Under the pieces are notes generated by a model, which was given only the letters and a program-made list of their open reading frames with translations, was not told where the DNA came from and did not search any database. Positions 6,917-15,946 of a stretch of 64,000 bases of DNA are shown here, piece after piece. Made by a program: the position numbers and the translations under genes. The stretch is from a virus. Position 1 is the first letter of the stretch; each line of letters begins with the position of its first letter. Location of the stretch: positions 1 through 64,000 of the IMG/VR virus record IMGVR_UViG_3300042261_000588; one strand, given 5' to 3'.

Positions 6917-7329
6917 GTGATAGACAGATTAGACAGCATGGCTGCGAAAGTAGCCTTTCAGTTTTTTCGCAAAAGGGCAGCAAGAAGATTTGATCTTCGA
7001 TGCTGTCTTTTCTAATTTAAGGGAGAAGGATAGAGATTACAAGGATGGTCTTGAACAATCAGCCCGTGATTCTTTAAATAAAATGCTGATAAAAGACCTT
7101 ATTGGTAGAGGGCATGATGTCGTATCCGTCGAAATCAGCTTAGGGAAGTATCGTGGATCAAGGTTCGTTACTTCGGCAAAGGTAGCGGTTCGGTTGAAGG
7201 ACATGAAGGATGCAAAGATTTTGGTAAAGGAACTTCAACGGTATCATAGGCCGTTACTCATTGAAGTCATTTGAGGATGGAGTGGCGGTTTACAACACCA
7301 AAGCGGAGGGTAGCCGAAATGAAAGCTGA
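6917..7329 (+). pseudogene. frameshifted hypothetical gene whose 3' end is the cassette insertion site
   Basis: GAGG RBS + GTG6917 (MIDRLDSMAAKVAF); continuity needs +1 shifts at TTTTTTC (~6962-6968) and CTTC (~7233-7236); the final frame reads ...DGVAVYN at the AAC junction. Confidence 0.5.
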
Positions 7330-7380
7330 CGATTGCAAGACAACCACGGGTGAGGCTTACCCTCCCGAGCCTTGTTCGGC
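7290..7380 (-). mobile_element. attC-like site 4 (array B)
   Basis: TTACAAC...CGGAGGGTAGCC / GGCTTACCCTCCCG...GTTCGGC; two extrahelical bases; ATG7319 in the loop. Confidence 0.75.
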
Positions 7381-7600
7381 CTCATGGCGTTTCCGTGTGG
7401 CCTGCGTAGGTTCGCACATTGCCAAGAAATACGGTCTGCTCTGCGTTGACGAAACGCACGGTGGTCACGACCAGCATTACGGTTGGCCTATGCGGTCGAT
7501 AGGGCTGGAGTGGTCATGGCGGCGGAATACGTGGTTTGCAGGGTGGGTATTAAGGCCGAACACGGTGCTGAGGGGCGACGGCCCCGGAAAGGACGCATGA
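7319..7600 (+). CDS. hypothetical cassette ORF
   Basis: GGAGG RBS in the attC arm; stop within the next attC loop; GC-rich. Confidence 0.65.
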   Translation: MKADDCKTTTGEAYPPEPCSASWRFRVACVGSHIAKKYGLLCVDETHGGHDQHYGWPMRSIGLEWSWRRNTWFAGWVLRPNTVLRGDGPGKDA

Positions 7601-7653
7601 CTACACCAAACACGGGCGCCGGGGCCGTCGTACCCTCCGGCACATTGTTGGAC
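7555..7653 (-). mobile_element. attC-like site 5 (array B)
   Basis: GCCGAAC-5 nt-GCTGAGGGGCGACGGCCCCGG / CCGGGGCCGTCGTACCCTCCGGC-5 nt-GTTGGAC. Confidence 0.8.
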
Positions 7654-7830
7654 GATCTTGAAATCGCGCTCGACAAGATATTCTCCCGTAAACGCGAGAG
7701 ACTCATCACTGGCGGTCAAGTCGTCGGCATGAAAATGTGGCGCACTGAGTTCTCCGGACAGGAATACGGCGACGTGCTCGACAAGGTGAACGCGCTGCGT
7801 GACTCCATAGCGGCCAACATCAGACGATAA
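7597..7830 (+). CDS. hypothetical cassette ORF
   Basis: AAAGGA RBS and ATGA overlap inside the attC loop; uses the backbone stop after the AAC junction at 7818. Confidence 0.65.
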   Translation: MTTPNTGAGAVVPSGTLLDDLEIALDKIFSRKRERLITGGQVVGMKMWRTEFSGQEYGDVLDKVNALRDSIAANIRR

Positions 7831-7980
7831 GAAGGTTCAGATGGCGTATAGCAAGGCGTGGCAAATAACGCCTTTGGTTGGCGACGAGTTTCATACAGAT
7901 GGGCTAATAAATCACGATGGTTATGATTCTGGAATTTCACTTCGAGAAGTGAAGTGATGGAGAGAGGAAGGATGGTCGCA

Positions 7981-8724
7981 ATGAATAGTCGAGAGGATAT
8001 GATTGCAGACAGAGTTGCTCTGGAAGTTTCAGGGAGTGGACTCCCATTGATGGAAGATGATGAGTGGAAAGCTCTGAAACATCAAAAAGACGACAATTTC
8101 CAAAAGACAGAGCGAGATAAAGTTGAGAAACGCCGTATGATTCAGAAGAGGTTGCGTAGAAGAGAGTCATCTGAAATCCTGAAAGTTGCCAAGAGTCTTC
8201 TAGCCAAGAGAGAAATCCAAGACATTTTGAGATTGGCGAAGTCGGTGTTGTCTGGAACGGACACTCGGACAATTCGTGGGACAGGCTGGACAGAGCAGGA
8301 AGCCCTGAAGAATGCCTTGGCAGAGGATGAGCGGGAGTATGGGCACGGGGAAGGCTATGGGGGTGGATCAGGATCATTGAGAGCGGTTATTCGGAAGAAA
8401 GTGATTCGGGAACCGAAGAAGGCAAAGCGGGTGACAATCGAGAAGTTTCCGATACGGAAGGGGCCTGTTGAGAAACGATTTGTCTTGGAACGTCGGTGGG
8501 GTTTTGATCGTGATATGCCGATTGACCGTGATCCGAAGTATCGAGAAAGGTATGAGACGCAGGGACAGGTTCTTGCGGCTGCAAAGGAATTGGCACTTCA
8601 GTACGGCACGGAGTTGGTGATTACGCTGGAAGCCTTCTGTGTTGGGGATACCAAGCTGGCTATTGTGAAGCCGGAAGAGGCACAGACTGGCGAGTGGATG
8701 TTCGAGTGCGATTTCAGGAGTTGA
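7981..8724 (+). CDS. hypothetical protein with repeated ILK/RxAKS helices
   Basis: RBS GAGGAAGG; ORF track. Confidence 0.75.
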   Translation: MNSREDMIADRVALEVSGSGLPLMEDDEWKALKHQKDDNFQKTERDKVEKRRMIQKRLRRRESSEILKVAKSLLAKREIQDILRLAKSVLSGTDTRTIRGTGWTEQEALKNALAEDEREYGHGEGYGGGSGSLRAVIRKKVIREPKKAKRVTIEKFPIRKGPVEKRFVLERRWGFDRDMPIDRDPKYRERYETQGQVLAAAKELALQYGTELVITLEAFCVGDTKLAIVKPEEAQTGEWMFECDFRS

Positions 8725-8725
8725 T

Positions 8726-9529
8726 ATGTCGACATTCCCCGGAACATTCATTCCAACAGGGTTAGGGACGACGGCGAAGTTTAGTCATCTCGTTGATGAC
8801 TTGATGACGCCTCGTCTTATGGCTTTTCGTCAGATTCATATTGATGATGAGCCGTGCAATCTCAAGCCGGATCGGGTTACTTGGTACACCACTTTCGGGA
8901 ATTGGCTTCAAGGTGCTAATCTGACACTTCGTAAGAATGGCATGATGTTGGACATGACAACTGATGTCACAGATATAAACTATACTTATGGGACATTCAA
9001 GGCGGGAACGCCGGACTTGGATGGACAGAGGGCGTCTAGAGACACGGTGGAAGCGTCATATGTTTTTGATTACTTCACTCAGCCAGTTTTTGAAGGTTTT
9101 ATTACGGCGGCTGTAAGTGTCATCAATTCGACAGCAGTAGGACCAGCAACGAGTTATACAGTGGATTCAGCACCGACGAATTGGGAAGGTGTGATTGTTG
9201 ACTTGGCATATGCCATGTGCATGGAGAAGCTCTTGTTGGATTATGACTTATGGAGGTATCGTTTGGTATTTGCCATAGGTCCTAATGAGATGGAGGGTGG
9301 TGGAGGGGATATTGCCAGTCAGCTTACGACGCTCAAACAAAATGCAGAACAGAGGGCAGAAAAGGCGATGGACAACCCAAAATTCAAATGCGGGAATTAC
9401 CTGTCACCGCCTACATCTTTTTATTTCAATTCAATTCGTGGTCTTGGGGGTTCAAGAGGAGCACATGGAGTTCCTTTCTTGTCAGGCAGGCTAAGGGGAT
9501 GGAAAAGTAATCGAATTGGTGGAGTATGA
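8726..9529 (+). CDS. putative neck / head-tail adaptor protein
   Basis: DINYTYGTF...VEASYVFDYF beta domain plus helical adaptor-like C-terminal half; position in the morphogenesis module. Confidence 0.5.
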   Translation: MSTFPGTFIPTGLGTTAKFSHLVDDLMTPRLMAFRQIHIDDEPCNLKPDRVTWYTTFGNWLQGANLTLRKNGMMLDMTTDVTDINYTYGTFKAGTPDLDGQRASRDTVEASYVFDYFTQPVFEGFITAAVSVINSTAVGPATSYTVDSAPTNWEGVIVDLAYAMCMEKLLLDYDLWRYRLVFAIGPNEMEGGGGDIASQLTTLKQNAEQRAEKAMDNPKFKCGNYLSPPTSFYFNSIRGLGGSRGAHGVPFLSGRLRGWKSNRIGGV

Positions 9530-9573
9530 AGTGATTTATGGCGACTTGTATTGTGACAGATGTGAGGTGAGAT

Positions 9574-9966
9574 ATGGCAACTAATGCGATTCGATATAGT
9601 TTATCAACGTCTTTGTCGAATGGCTTTCTTTCTGATAACTATTCTGTTTCTTCTGGTTTGACGGCAGATCAGACGAATGCGAATATGGTTAGAAAAACAC
9701 AAACTCTTTTATCTGCTTCTGCACAAGGAGATTTACTAGATATTGGTGGTGTGACAGTTCCTGGAATGGCGATATTTTCAAATCTTGAGGCTGTCGTAGG
9801 CGGTAACTTCTGTGAGATTGGAATACAAGTTTCTGGAACATTTTATCCGTTCTTGAAGTTGCTTGGAGGACAGCAAAGTGGTCCTATGTTTCTTGGAGCT
9901 ACGACAATTTATGGGCGGGCTAATACTGGAAATGTGAAGTTGTTTTATATCATATACGACAGGTAA
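9574..9966 (+). CDS. putative small virion beta-sandwich protein
   Basis: RBS GAGGTG; composition. Confidence 0.6.
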   Translation: MATNAIRYSLSTSLSNGFLSDNYSVSSGLTADQTNANMVRKTQTLLSASAQGDLLDIGGVTVPGMAIFSNLEAVVGGNFCEIGIQVSGTFYPFLKLLGGQQSGPMFLGATTIYGRANTGNVKLFYIIYDR

Positions 9967-9975
9967 GGAAATCAA

Positions 9976-10266
9976 ATGGATTTTGGAAGAGAGGTAGAGG
10001 AGATCGGCAATCTGATGATGTCGGCTGCTTTGATTCAAGAGATTCGCCGTGAGGTTGCCACGGTGATGCGTGATGGTTTTATCGTATCTGATGGGATACA
10101 TCATCCTCTTGGAGGAGGCTATGATGTAGTCGTGCGTTGTGGATCAGAAGATCGTCTAGATGTATTTCGCAGGATAAGAGGGAAGATACAGGACGTGCAA
10201 GTGGAGAAGATTGCAGACGGTGTGCTTGGGATCAAGTCGGCTCGAAGGATGAGAGGAAGGCTATGA
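9976..10266 (+). CDS. hypothetical protein
   Basis: RBS AAGGA. Confidence 0.7.
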   Translation: MDFGREVEEIGNLMMSAALIQEIRREVATVMRDGFIVSDGIHHPLGGGYDVVVRCGSEDRLDVFRRIRGKIQDVQVEKIADGVLGIKSARRMRGRL

Positions 10267-12668
10267 GATTCTCATTTAAAGCATTGGTCATAACCTCAGT
10301 ATTGGCTTTTGTGTGGCCTGTATTGGCCGCTGATGTGACGAACAGTTTTGGAACCGTATTGGCTCGAAAAGTGTTGATTGGAACCGTCTCTAATCATTTT
10401 GAGGTAACTCAATCAATTACCAATGGTCTTGCCTCGACAAATTATGTGATTGAGGCTACCAATCCAATCCCTAGCTGGATAACCTCTGCGATTAACGCCG
10501 CGACGAACGGAATCCCGCACGGCTCGCTGTCTGGCATAGAAGGCGCGGGGACGCTGCACGTTTCGGCGGCAGAGACGAGCAAGGTTGCGACCGCATGGCA
10601 GAATCCATCAAGCGCAACCAACTGGACGTGGACCAAGACAGATACGGAAGTGACGCTGACAGGATATACCGGTCCGAATGAGGTGGTGATTCCTGATATG
10701 TTGGATGGGTTGCCGGTGACTGGGTTCGGGAATATATTTGAACTCAACGCTGTAATCACGCGTGTAACTGGTGGTGGGAATATCAGGTCAATCTCATTCA
10801 GAGCATTTACTTGGTGTTCTGAGTTATTGTGGATTGCGCTCCCCAATGTTACGACAATTGGAGACCAAGCATTTCAAAGCTGCATAAAGCTGGCGGATGC
10901 AAAATTCCCTAACGTCACGACCATTGGAGGCTATGCGTTTGGCTATTGCGGGGATGTAAGATTTGACCCTATGCCTAATGTCACTTCGGTTGGGACGTAT
11001 GCGTTCTATCAGTGCCAGGACATGGGATCAATGTACTTCTCAGGGAACGCACCAACAGAAGCACTTAATGTTTTCGATTTAGCTAATCCCAGCATTACCA
11101 ACTACGTCACCAACCCGACCGCCACTGGATGGGGTGCGACGTGGAACGGCAGACCGGTTGTGCGGTTGCCTGTCTACGCCAACCAATTTATCGGGGGAGG
11201 CGCAGGAGTGTCCAACGTGCCTATTGCTGGCGTGACCGGGCTGGCCGACGCGCTGGCGGGCAAGGTGTCCACCAACAACTTCCTCGGTTTGGTCAACGGG
11301 CTGTCTGTGCGCGATCCGGTCTTGTCGCTGGCGGTTGATGCAACAGGCCCGTATGCGACCGTTACGCCGTCGCCAGCCGGCCAGATTGAATACTGGTTCG
11401 GTCAATCAATTGTGCAGTACGGCACCAGCGTGGTGGTGCGGCTGACGGCGGGGACTACGAACACTCCTGCGCTCAACTATGTGTGCGCCTTGCCGAACGG
11501 GACGATTACGAATTACACGAGCTATCCGTACTTGACCAGCGGCACGGCGGCGGATGCGCGCGCAATGATGTTCGAGATTTTCCTGATGGACACCAACAGC
11601 ATCGTGGCTGGCAATGGCTACGCGATTAGGAGCTGGACGGAGAATGTGGAGAACCGGCGCGGGCTGGGGCGCGTGTCGTGGATCGGGGAGCGGGTGCGAC
11701 GGCTTCCGGCGATATGGGAGAGCGGCGTCCAGGCTTCTGTCTCGACGACCAACTCCAGCGTGACGGACGCTTACCTCACGACGACCGATGGCGTGGGTTG
11801 GCAAATGCACAGCCACACGATTCCAGCCAACACGAATCGGACAATGATGTGGGTGCTCAACTCGGCGTCGGGGTTCCGGGCAATCACGAATCTGAACGCT
11901 CTGACGGCACTGCCGAGCGGCGCGGCGATGTTCGGGTCGGTCGGGGATTGTCACGCGATCAATGTGTTTGCCTTTGTGGAGAGCGGAATCACGCCGAAAT
12001 CGACGCGCCTGATGCTCAATCTTTCGAGCGCGAGTTACACGGCTGGTCCTGCTTCGACTCGGCTGGCCAACTGTATCGCGGACGCCAGCAGTTACGATAA
12101 CACAGGCGTACCGGTTTACATGCAAGGGATGACAATCCGCATTGCCCGCATCGTGGTGCGGAGTGATGCGGCCGGCCGGACGTACTGGATTTATGACCGG
12201 CGCGGGCAGCCGTTGGGGACGGCGGGCGGCGGGGCGAGCGGTAGCGGGGAGAGCGATCCGATATTTGCGGCATGGCTTGCGAGCGCGGCGGAATCCATGC
12301 CGACGACCGAGCGCGTGTACACGCCGACGATCACGCAGGCGACGGCGGCGGGGATCACGAACACGATTGCGGTTGTGCCGACCAACAGAATCTATCGGCT
12401 GACCGTGACCAATTTGACCAGCGTGCTGGCCTTCGACCTGTCCGGGCTCAACATCGGCACGCAGGTAGCGGATTGGTCAACCATGATTACGGTCGCTCAT
12501 ACGAACGTGAGTTTCGCGTACCCGGCGACGAATGCGACGTTGCGTTACTTGTCCACGCCGACGGTCTCGACGACGCGCTCTAACCAACTGCTGCGGGCGA
12601 ATTGGCAGGCATACATCTGCAGCTTGGGCAAGACGAACATCATCTGCAATCAATGGGACTCGTTCTAA
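10263..12668 (+). CDS. signal-peptide-bearing fibre/adhesin-like protein with BspA-type LRRs
   Basis: MRFSFKALVITSVLAFVWPVLA signal; LTGYTGPNEVVIPDMLDGLPVT and repeated PNVTTIGxxAF; Thr/Asn-rich. Confidence 0.75.
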   Translation: MRFSFKALVITSVLAFVWPVLAADVTNSFGTVLARKVLIGTVSNHFEVTQSITNGLASTNYVIEATNPIPSWITSAINAATNGIPHGSLSGIEGAGTLHVSAAETSKVATAWQNPSSATNWTWTKTDTEVTLTGYTGPNEVVIPDMLDGLPVTGFGNIFELNAVITRVTGGGNIRSISFRAFTWCSELLWIALPNVTTIGDQAFQSCIKLADAKFPNVTTIGGYAFGYCGDVRFDPMPNVTSVGTYAFYQCQDMGSMYFSGNAPTEALNVFDLANPSITNYVTNPTATGWGATWNGRPVVRLPVYANQFIGGGAGVSNVPIAGVTGLADALAGKVSTNNFLGLVNGLSVRDPVLSLAVDATGPYATVTPSPAGQIEYWFGQSIVQYGTSVVVRLTAGTTNTPALNYVCALPNGTITNYTSYPYLTSGTAADARAMMFEIFLMDTNSIVAGNGYAIRSWTENVENRRGLGRVSWIGERVRRLPAIWESGVQASVSTTNSSVTDAYLTTTDGVGWQMHSHTIPANTNRTMMWVLNSASGFRAITNLNALTALPSGAAMFGSVGDCHAINVFAFVESGITPKSTRLMLNLSSASYTAGPASTRLANCIADASSYDNTGVPVYMQGMTIRIARIVVRSDAAGRTYWIYDRRGQPLGTAGGGASGSGESDPIFAAWLASAAESMPTTERVYTPTITQATAAGITNTIAVVPTNRIYRLTVTNLTSVLAFDLSGLNIGTQVADWSTMITVAHTNVSFAYPATNATLRYLSTPTVSTTRSNQLLRANWQAYICSLGKTNIICNQWDSF

Positions 12669-12669
12669 C

Positions 12670-13716
12670 ATGAGAACACTCACACTGACACTTTGCGCGA
12701 TGTCGCTGGCGGCGGCGGCGGTCTGGGCGGGGATCCCGAGCAGGATTGACCCGCTTGGGAAGCTGGGTGGCGACACCCATTTCACAATCACCTTTGTTTC
12801 CGGTACTCCGCCAACGACGCTCTCGCTGGGCGTCGGCGAGGCATACGCGGGACCGGCCACACCGTCGCAGGCTCTATACGACGCGGGCAATGGCGTGTGG
12901 ACGGCGTACACGAGCAACACGATTACGATGCGCGGGCGTTACATCAAGTTCCGTGGCGACTGGAGAAATGCAAGCGGTGCATATCAAAACATGTTCCACA
13001 CCTCGCTCACGAGTCCGACCTACACATGCGAGTTTTCGGGGACTCTCGACTACGCGGCTACGGCGGTGAATGCGTACAGAGCGATTTTTTCCAGCAACCC
13101 GCGGGTTACTGCTATGCGGACAAATCCGTTTCGGAAAATTACCGGAACGCCGACGGCAGGTATGTTTTTAGCATCCTTCATCAACATGTCTGGCTTGGTC
13201 GGGCCACTGCCTGACGGATTCATGGATACTTCGGCACTAACCGGGCCACCAGGGTCAGGCATGTTAGCTTACACCTGCTACGGCATGGTAAACGTGACAG
13301 GCCCACTGCCCGCCGGATTTATGGACACGTCGAGGCTAACCGGGCCGACAGCGGCGAACATGTTTAACAACGCCTGCAACAATATGTCCAACGTGACCGG
13401 CCCACTGCCTGACGGATTTTTGAGCGCCATCAATATGACCGGACCGCTAGCGGTGGGTGCGTACTACTACGCCTGCAACGGAATGGCAAAAATAACGTCA
13501 GGAGATTTCCAGATTCCCACGAACATCTCAATGACTGGCGGAAACATCGTTGGATCGTTGGACAGTGCATGGAGAAACATGCCACTGTGGGGCGGTCAGG
13601 TTTTTTGGGGCACGAATGTGATCCATACTGTGCTGACGCCAACGAATGATATCAATACGTTTGCCTCATCAACGAACGTGCCGGGATACGCCACGATGAG
13701 TGCGAACTGGAAGTAA
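12670..13716 (+). CDS. signal-peptide-bearing repeat (LRR-like solenoid) protein
   Basis: N-terminal signal ending AVWA; three ~40-aa repeats NxTGPLPxGFMDTSxLTGP. Confidence 0.75.
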   Translation: MRTLTLTLCAMSLAAAAVWAGIPSRIDPLGKLGGDTHFTITFVSGTPPTTLSLGVGEAYAGPATPSQALYDAGNGVWTAYTSNTITMRGRYIKFRGDWRNASGAYQNMFHTSLTSPTYTCEFSGTLDYAATAVNAYRAIFSSNPRVTAMRTNPFRKITGTPTAGMFLASFINMSGLVGPLPDGFMDTSALTGPPGSGMLAYTCYGMVNVTGPLPAGFMDTSRLTGPTAANMFNNACNNMSNVTGPLPDGFLSAINMTGPLAVGAYYYACNGMAKITSGDFQIPTNISMTGGNIVGSLDSAWRNMPLWGGQVFWGTNVIHTVLTPTNDINTFASSTNVPGYATMSANWK

Positions 13717-13731
13717 ATGGAGGACTCAATA

Positions 13732-14184
13732 ATGTACAGACTGAACGCAGACGGGACAATCACGGACTCGGCCAGCATACCGGAGAATCAATGCGAGTAT
13801 GGTGGGTTGGTGCGCGGGAACTTCTCCGCATTCATGGCGAGGCAACCGGTGGCGGAGCGGCAGGCCGAGGGATGGTACGAGTACCTCATCGAGGGCGACG
13901 TTGACCAGCCGACCGTTGACCCGATCACGGACGCGCTCATCGTGCCGCGCCCGGTTCCTGCCGCGCCCATGGTGGAGGCCGATCCGCTTATTCCATATGC
14001 CGATATGATTTCCAAATTCTCTGCTTTATGGGCAAGTCTTAATATTGGACCAGTGCCTTCTGATTGGTCTACGGCGATGGGGTTAGTGTCAGAACAACCA
14101 ATTGAGATACAAGTAAAATTATTAACGTATCGTGTTGCACTATCTCCTGTCTGGGATGTATTGTTAGAAAGGACTAATCAATGA
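13732..14184 (+). CDS. hypothetical protein (fibre assembly-like position)
   Basis: RBS GGAGG before ATG13732. Confidence 0.65.
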   Translation: MYRLNADGTITDSASIPENQCEYGGLVRGNFSAFMARQPVAERQAEGWYEYLIEGDVDQPTVDPITDALIVPRPVPAAPMVEADPLIPYADMISKFSALWASLNIGPVPSDWSTAMGLVSEQPIEIQVKLLTYRVALSPVWDVLLERTNQ

Positions 14185-14960
14185 GTGAATCAATATCTCT
14201 AACTACAAATGAGGAGTATTACTCTGGAACTTGGCAGGACATTCAGGATGTTCTCAGGGTTCTGAACATTGGCGAAGGTAAGATGGCTCAGGTCACTCAA
14301 TCGATGGTGAGTCGATATCAAGAGATGGTCGACAGGGACATAGATGCGTTACTCTCCGATGTTTACGCCGTACCAATAAGGGCGTATAATCAGGTGATTC
14401 AAGGAGGAAGTGGCTCTGGAACAACATCAGTTCCTGGATGGATGAATACTGGATCAGTAGCTATTCTGGCAGGAGAATCATCAGTTACTGTTTCTGGAAA
14501 GGCATGGATTAGTATTCCAACATCTATTGTCGTTTCAGTTGTGAAAGATACTGGAATTTTCAATCTCTATGCGACAGTCGACAATAGTTCGATTACGACA
14601 GATGGATTTACTGCGAATTTATCTGCTGAGGCTGATGCCGGATACTTTCTTTCGTATGTGGCTTCAAGGGAAGCAAGTACTCAGACCGTTGTTACTGGAG
14701 TGACAATCAAGGTGTTTCCAGGTGATGTTCGTAGGGCAGCTAGGTATTGGACTGCTGGACAGCTATTGATTAATGAGTTCCAACAACTTGAATCTAATAT
14801 TACGGAGCAGGCTACACAGATGGTATCAGATGCCAGAATGCAGGTATATGCAATGAGTCGTCCGAATCATCGTATTCCTGGGCAGCGTCGTAAGAGCAAT
14901 TTGAGTCGAACAATGCCTGCTAACTTACAACCGTCTGCATTCCCTGAGAGACCTTCGTGA
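14181..14960 (+). CDS. putative head-tail connector (gp6/gp36-like) with inserted beta domain
   Basis: YYSGTWQDI...VDRDIDALLSDVYAVP...FPGDVRRAARYWTAG pattern. Confidence 0.5.
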   Translation: MSESISLTTNEEYYSGTWQDIQDVLRVLNIGEGKMAQVTQSMVSRYQEMVDRDIDALLSDVYAVPIRAYNQVIQGGSGSGTTSVPGWMNTGSVAILAGESSVTVSGKAWISIPTSIVVSVVKDTGIFNLYATVDNSSITTDGFTANLSAEADAGYFLSYVASREASTQTVVTGVTIKVFPGDVRRAARYWTAGQLLINEFQQLESNITEQATQMVSDARMQVYAMSRPNHRIPGQRRKSNLSRTMPANLQPSAFPERPS

Positions 14961-14967
14961 GGGTTAT

Positions 14968-15291
14968 ATGAATAGGATAGCCTCTGAATTGATATTTCTT
15001 GCTTCGGAACTTCTTCCTCGAATTACGGCTACATTCACTAGGACGCCGAAGATCGAGGATCGGGATTTGTCCAGCATTCAGATGGATATTCAGAGATTCG
15101 TCGGAACACTGAGAAAGAACGAGGATTTGGAGTGCTTTGTCACTCGTAGGGATGATGGCAAGGTGATGGAGATAACCGTTGGTTTTACGGATCACGAGTC
15201 CATGAAGGGTATCATTGATGGTATGGCAACGATGCTTAAAAAACTCGGTAAAAGGTCTGGTGTCGATGTCAAGGTGACTGTAAAAAACTGA
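14968..15291 (+). CDS. hypothetical protein with N-terminal RIASELIFLASEL helix
   Basis: RBS GAGGG. Confidence 0.75.
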   Translation: MNRIASELIFLASELLPRITATFTRTPKIEDRDLSSIQMDIQRFVGTLRKNEDLECFVTRRDDGKVMEITVGFTDHESMKGIIDGMATMLKKLGKRSGVDVKVTVKN

Positions 15292-15344
15292 AGAAAAATC
15301 TTTAGAGATTTAAGAGGTGTATTATCTATACGAACCCTTCAAAT

Positions 15345-15896
15345 TTGATTACCACGCTGATCAATCTGTTAGATCGAAATTCTTTACAGATCAATCGGGT
15401 AGTTCAGTATTATCAGGGCAGTAGTAGGAAGCTCATGGTGCTGCCGGGGATGCGCAGGGTCATACCTGCCGATGCCTACCCGGTATTGGAGATAGAACCG
15501 GGGGATGTGCCTAACCAATGGGCTACTACGAGGTCGCAGAGGCCAAGGTATCAGTTTAGATGCACTCTGAGTGCGAAGATTGATAAGGAACAATTTGGAG
15601 TTGAGTATATCTGCACCTTGGGATCAGCAATTGTCGAAATTATGACAAGTCCTGAAAATCTTCAATTGCCTGTTGTGAATGAAACAAAATGGGATTTGAC
15701 AGGTGGGTTGTGCCAGACTTTCATCTTGGATAGTTTGGTAGACAGTGCGAATTATTCGGCTGACAAACAGGGTTCTATCAGAAAAGCGGAGTTCGACTGG
15801 TTTGCGGTGATTCATGAGCCTTATCCAGAAGCAAAATGGAGAGTCAATAGTTCTAGCACGCCAACTGTGATAAGACCGATAGTGCTTTCTTCATAA
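15345..15896 (+). CDS. putative tail completion/terminator protein (true start may be slightly upstream)
   Basis: IPADAYPVLEIEP motif; position before tail genes. Confidence 0.5.
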   Translation: MITTLINLLDRNSLQINRVVQYYQGSSRKLMVLPGMRRVIPADAYPVLEIEPGDVPNQWATTRSQRPRYQFRCTLSAKIDKEQFGVEYICTLGSAIVEIMTSPENLQLPVVNETKWDLTGGLCQTFILDSLVDSANYSADKQGSIRKAEFDWFAVIHEPYPEAKWRVNSSSTPTVIRPIVLSS

Positions 15897-15918
15897 TTAT
15901 TTGATATTTGACCTATAG
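15894..15918 (+). promoter_or_regulatory. candidate phage late promoter motif
   Basis: TAATTATTTGATA-N7-TATAG. Confidence 0.55.
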
Positions 15919-15946
15919 ATAGGAGTTTGGAAGAGAGACTATCCCT

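Noticed and set aside
7812-7883. Additional attC site GGCCAAC...GTTGGCG
   Set aside because: No L-box pairing at the right spacing; it contains only a local AAGGCGT/ACGCCTT hairpin and is better read as the backbone side of the insertion.
10490-13990. GC-rich block as another attC cassette array
   Set aside because: No AAC...GTT palindromes at its borders and the boundaries fall mid-gene; better explained by module exchange.
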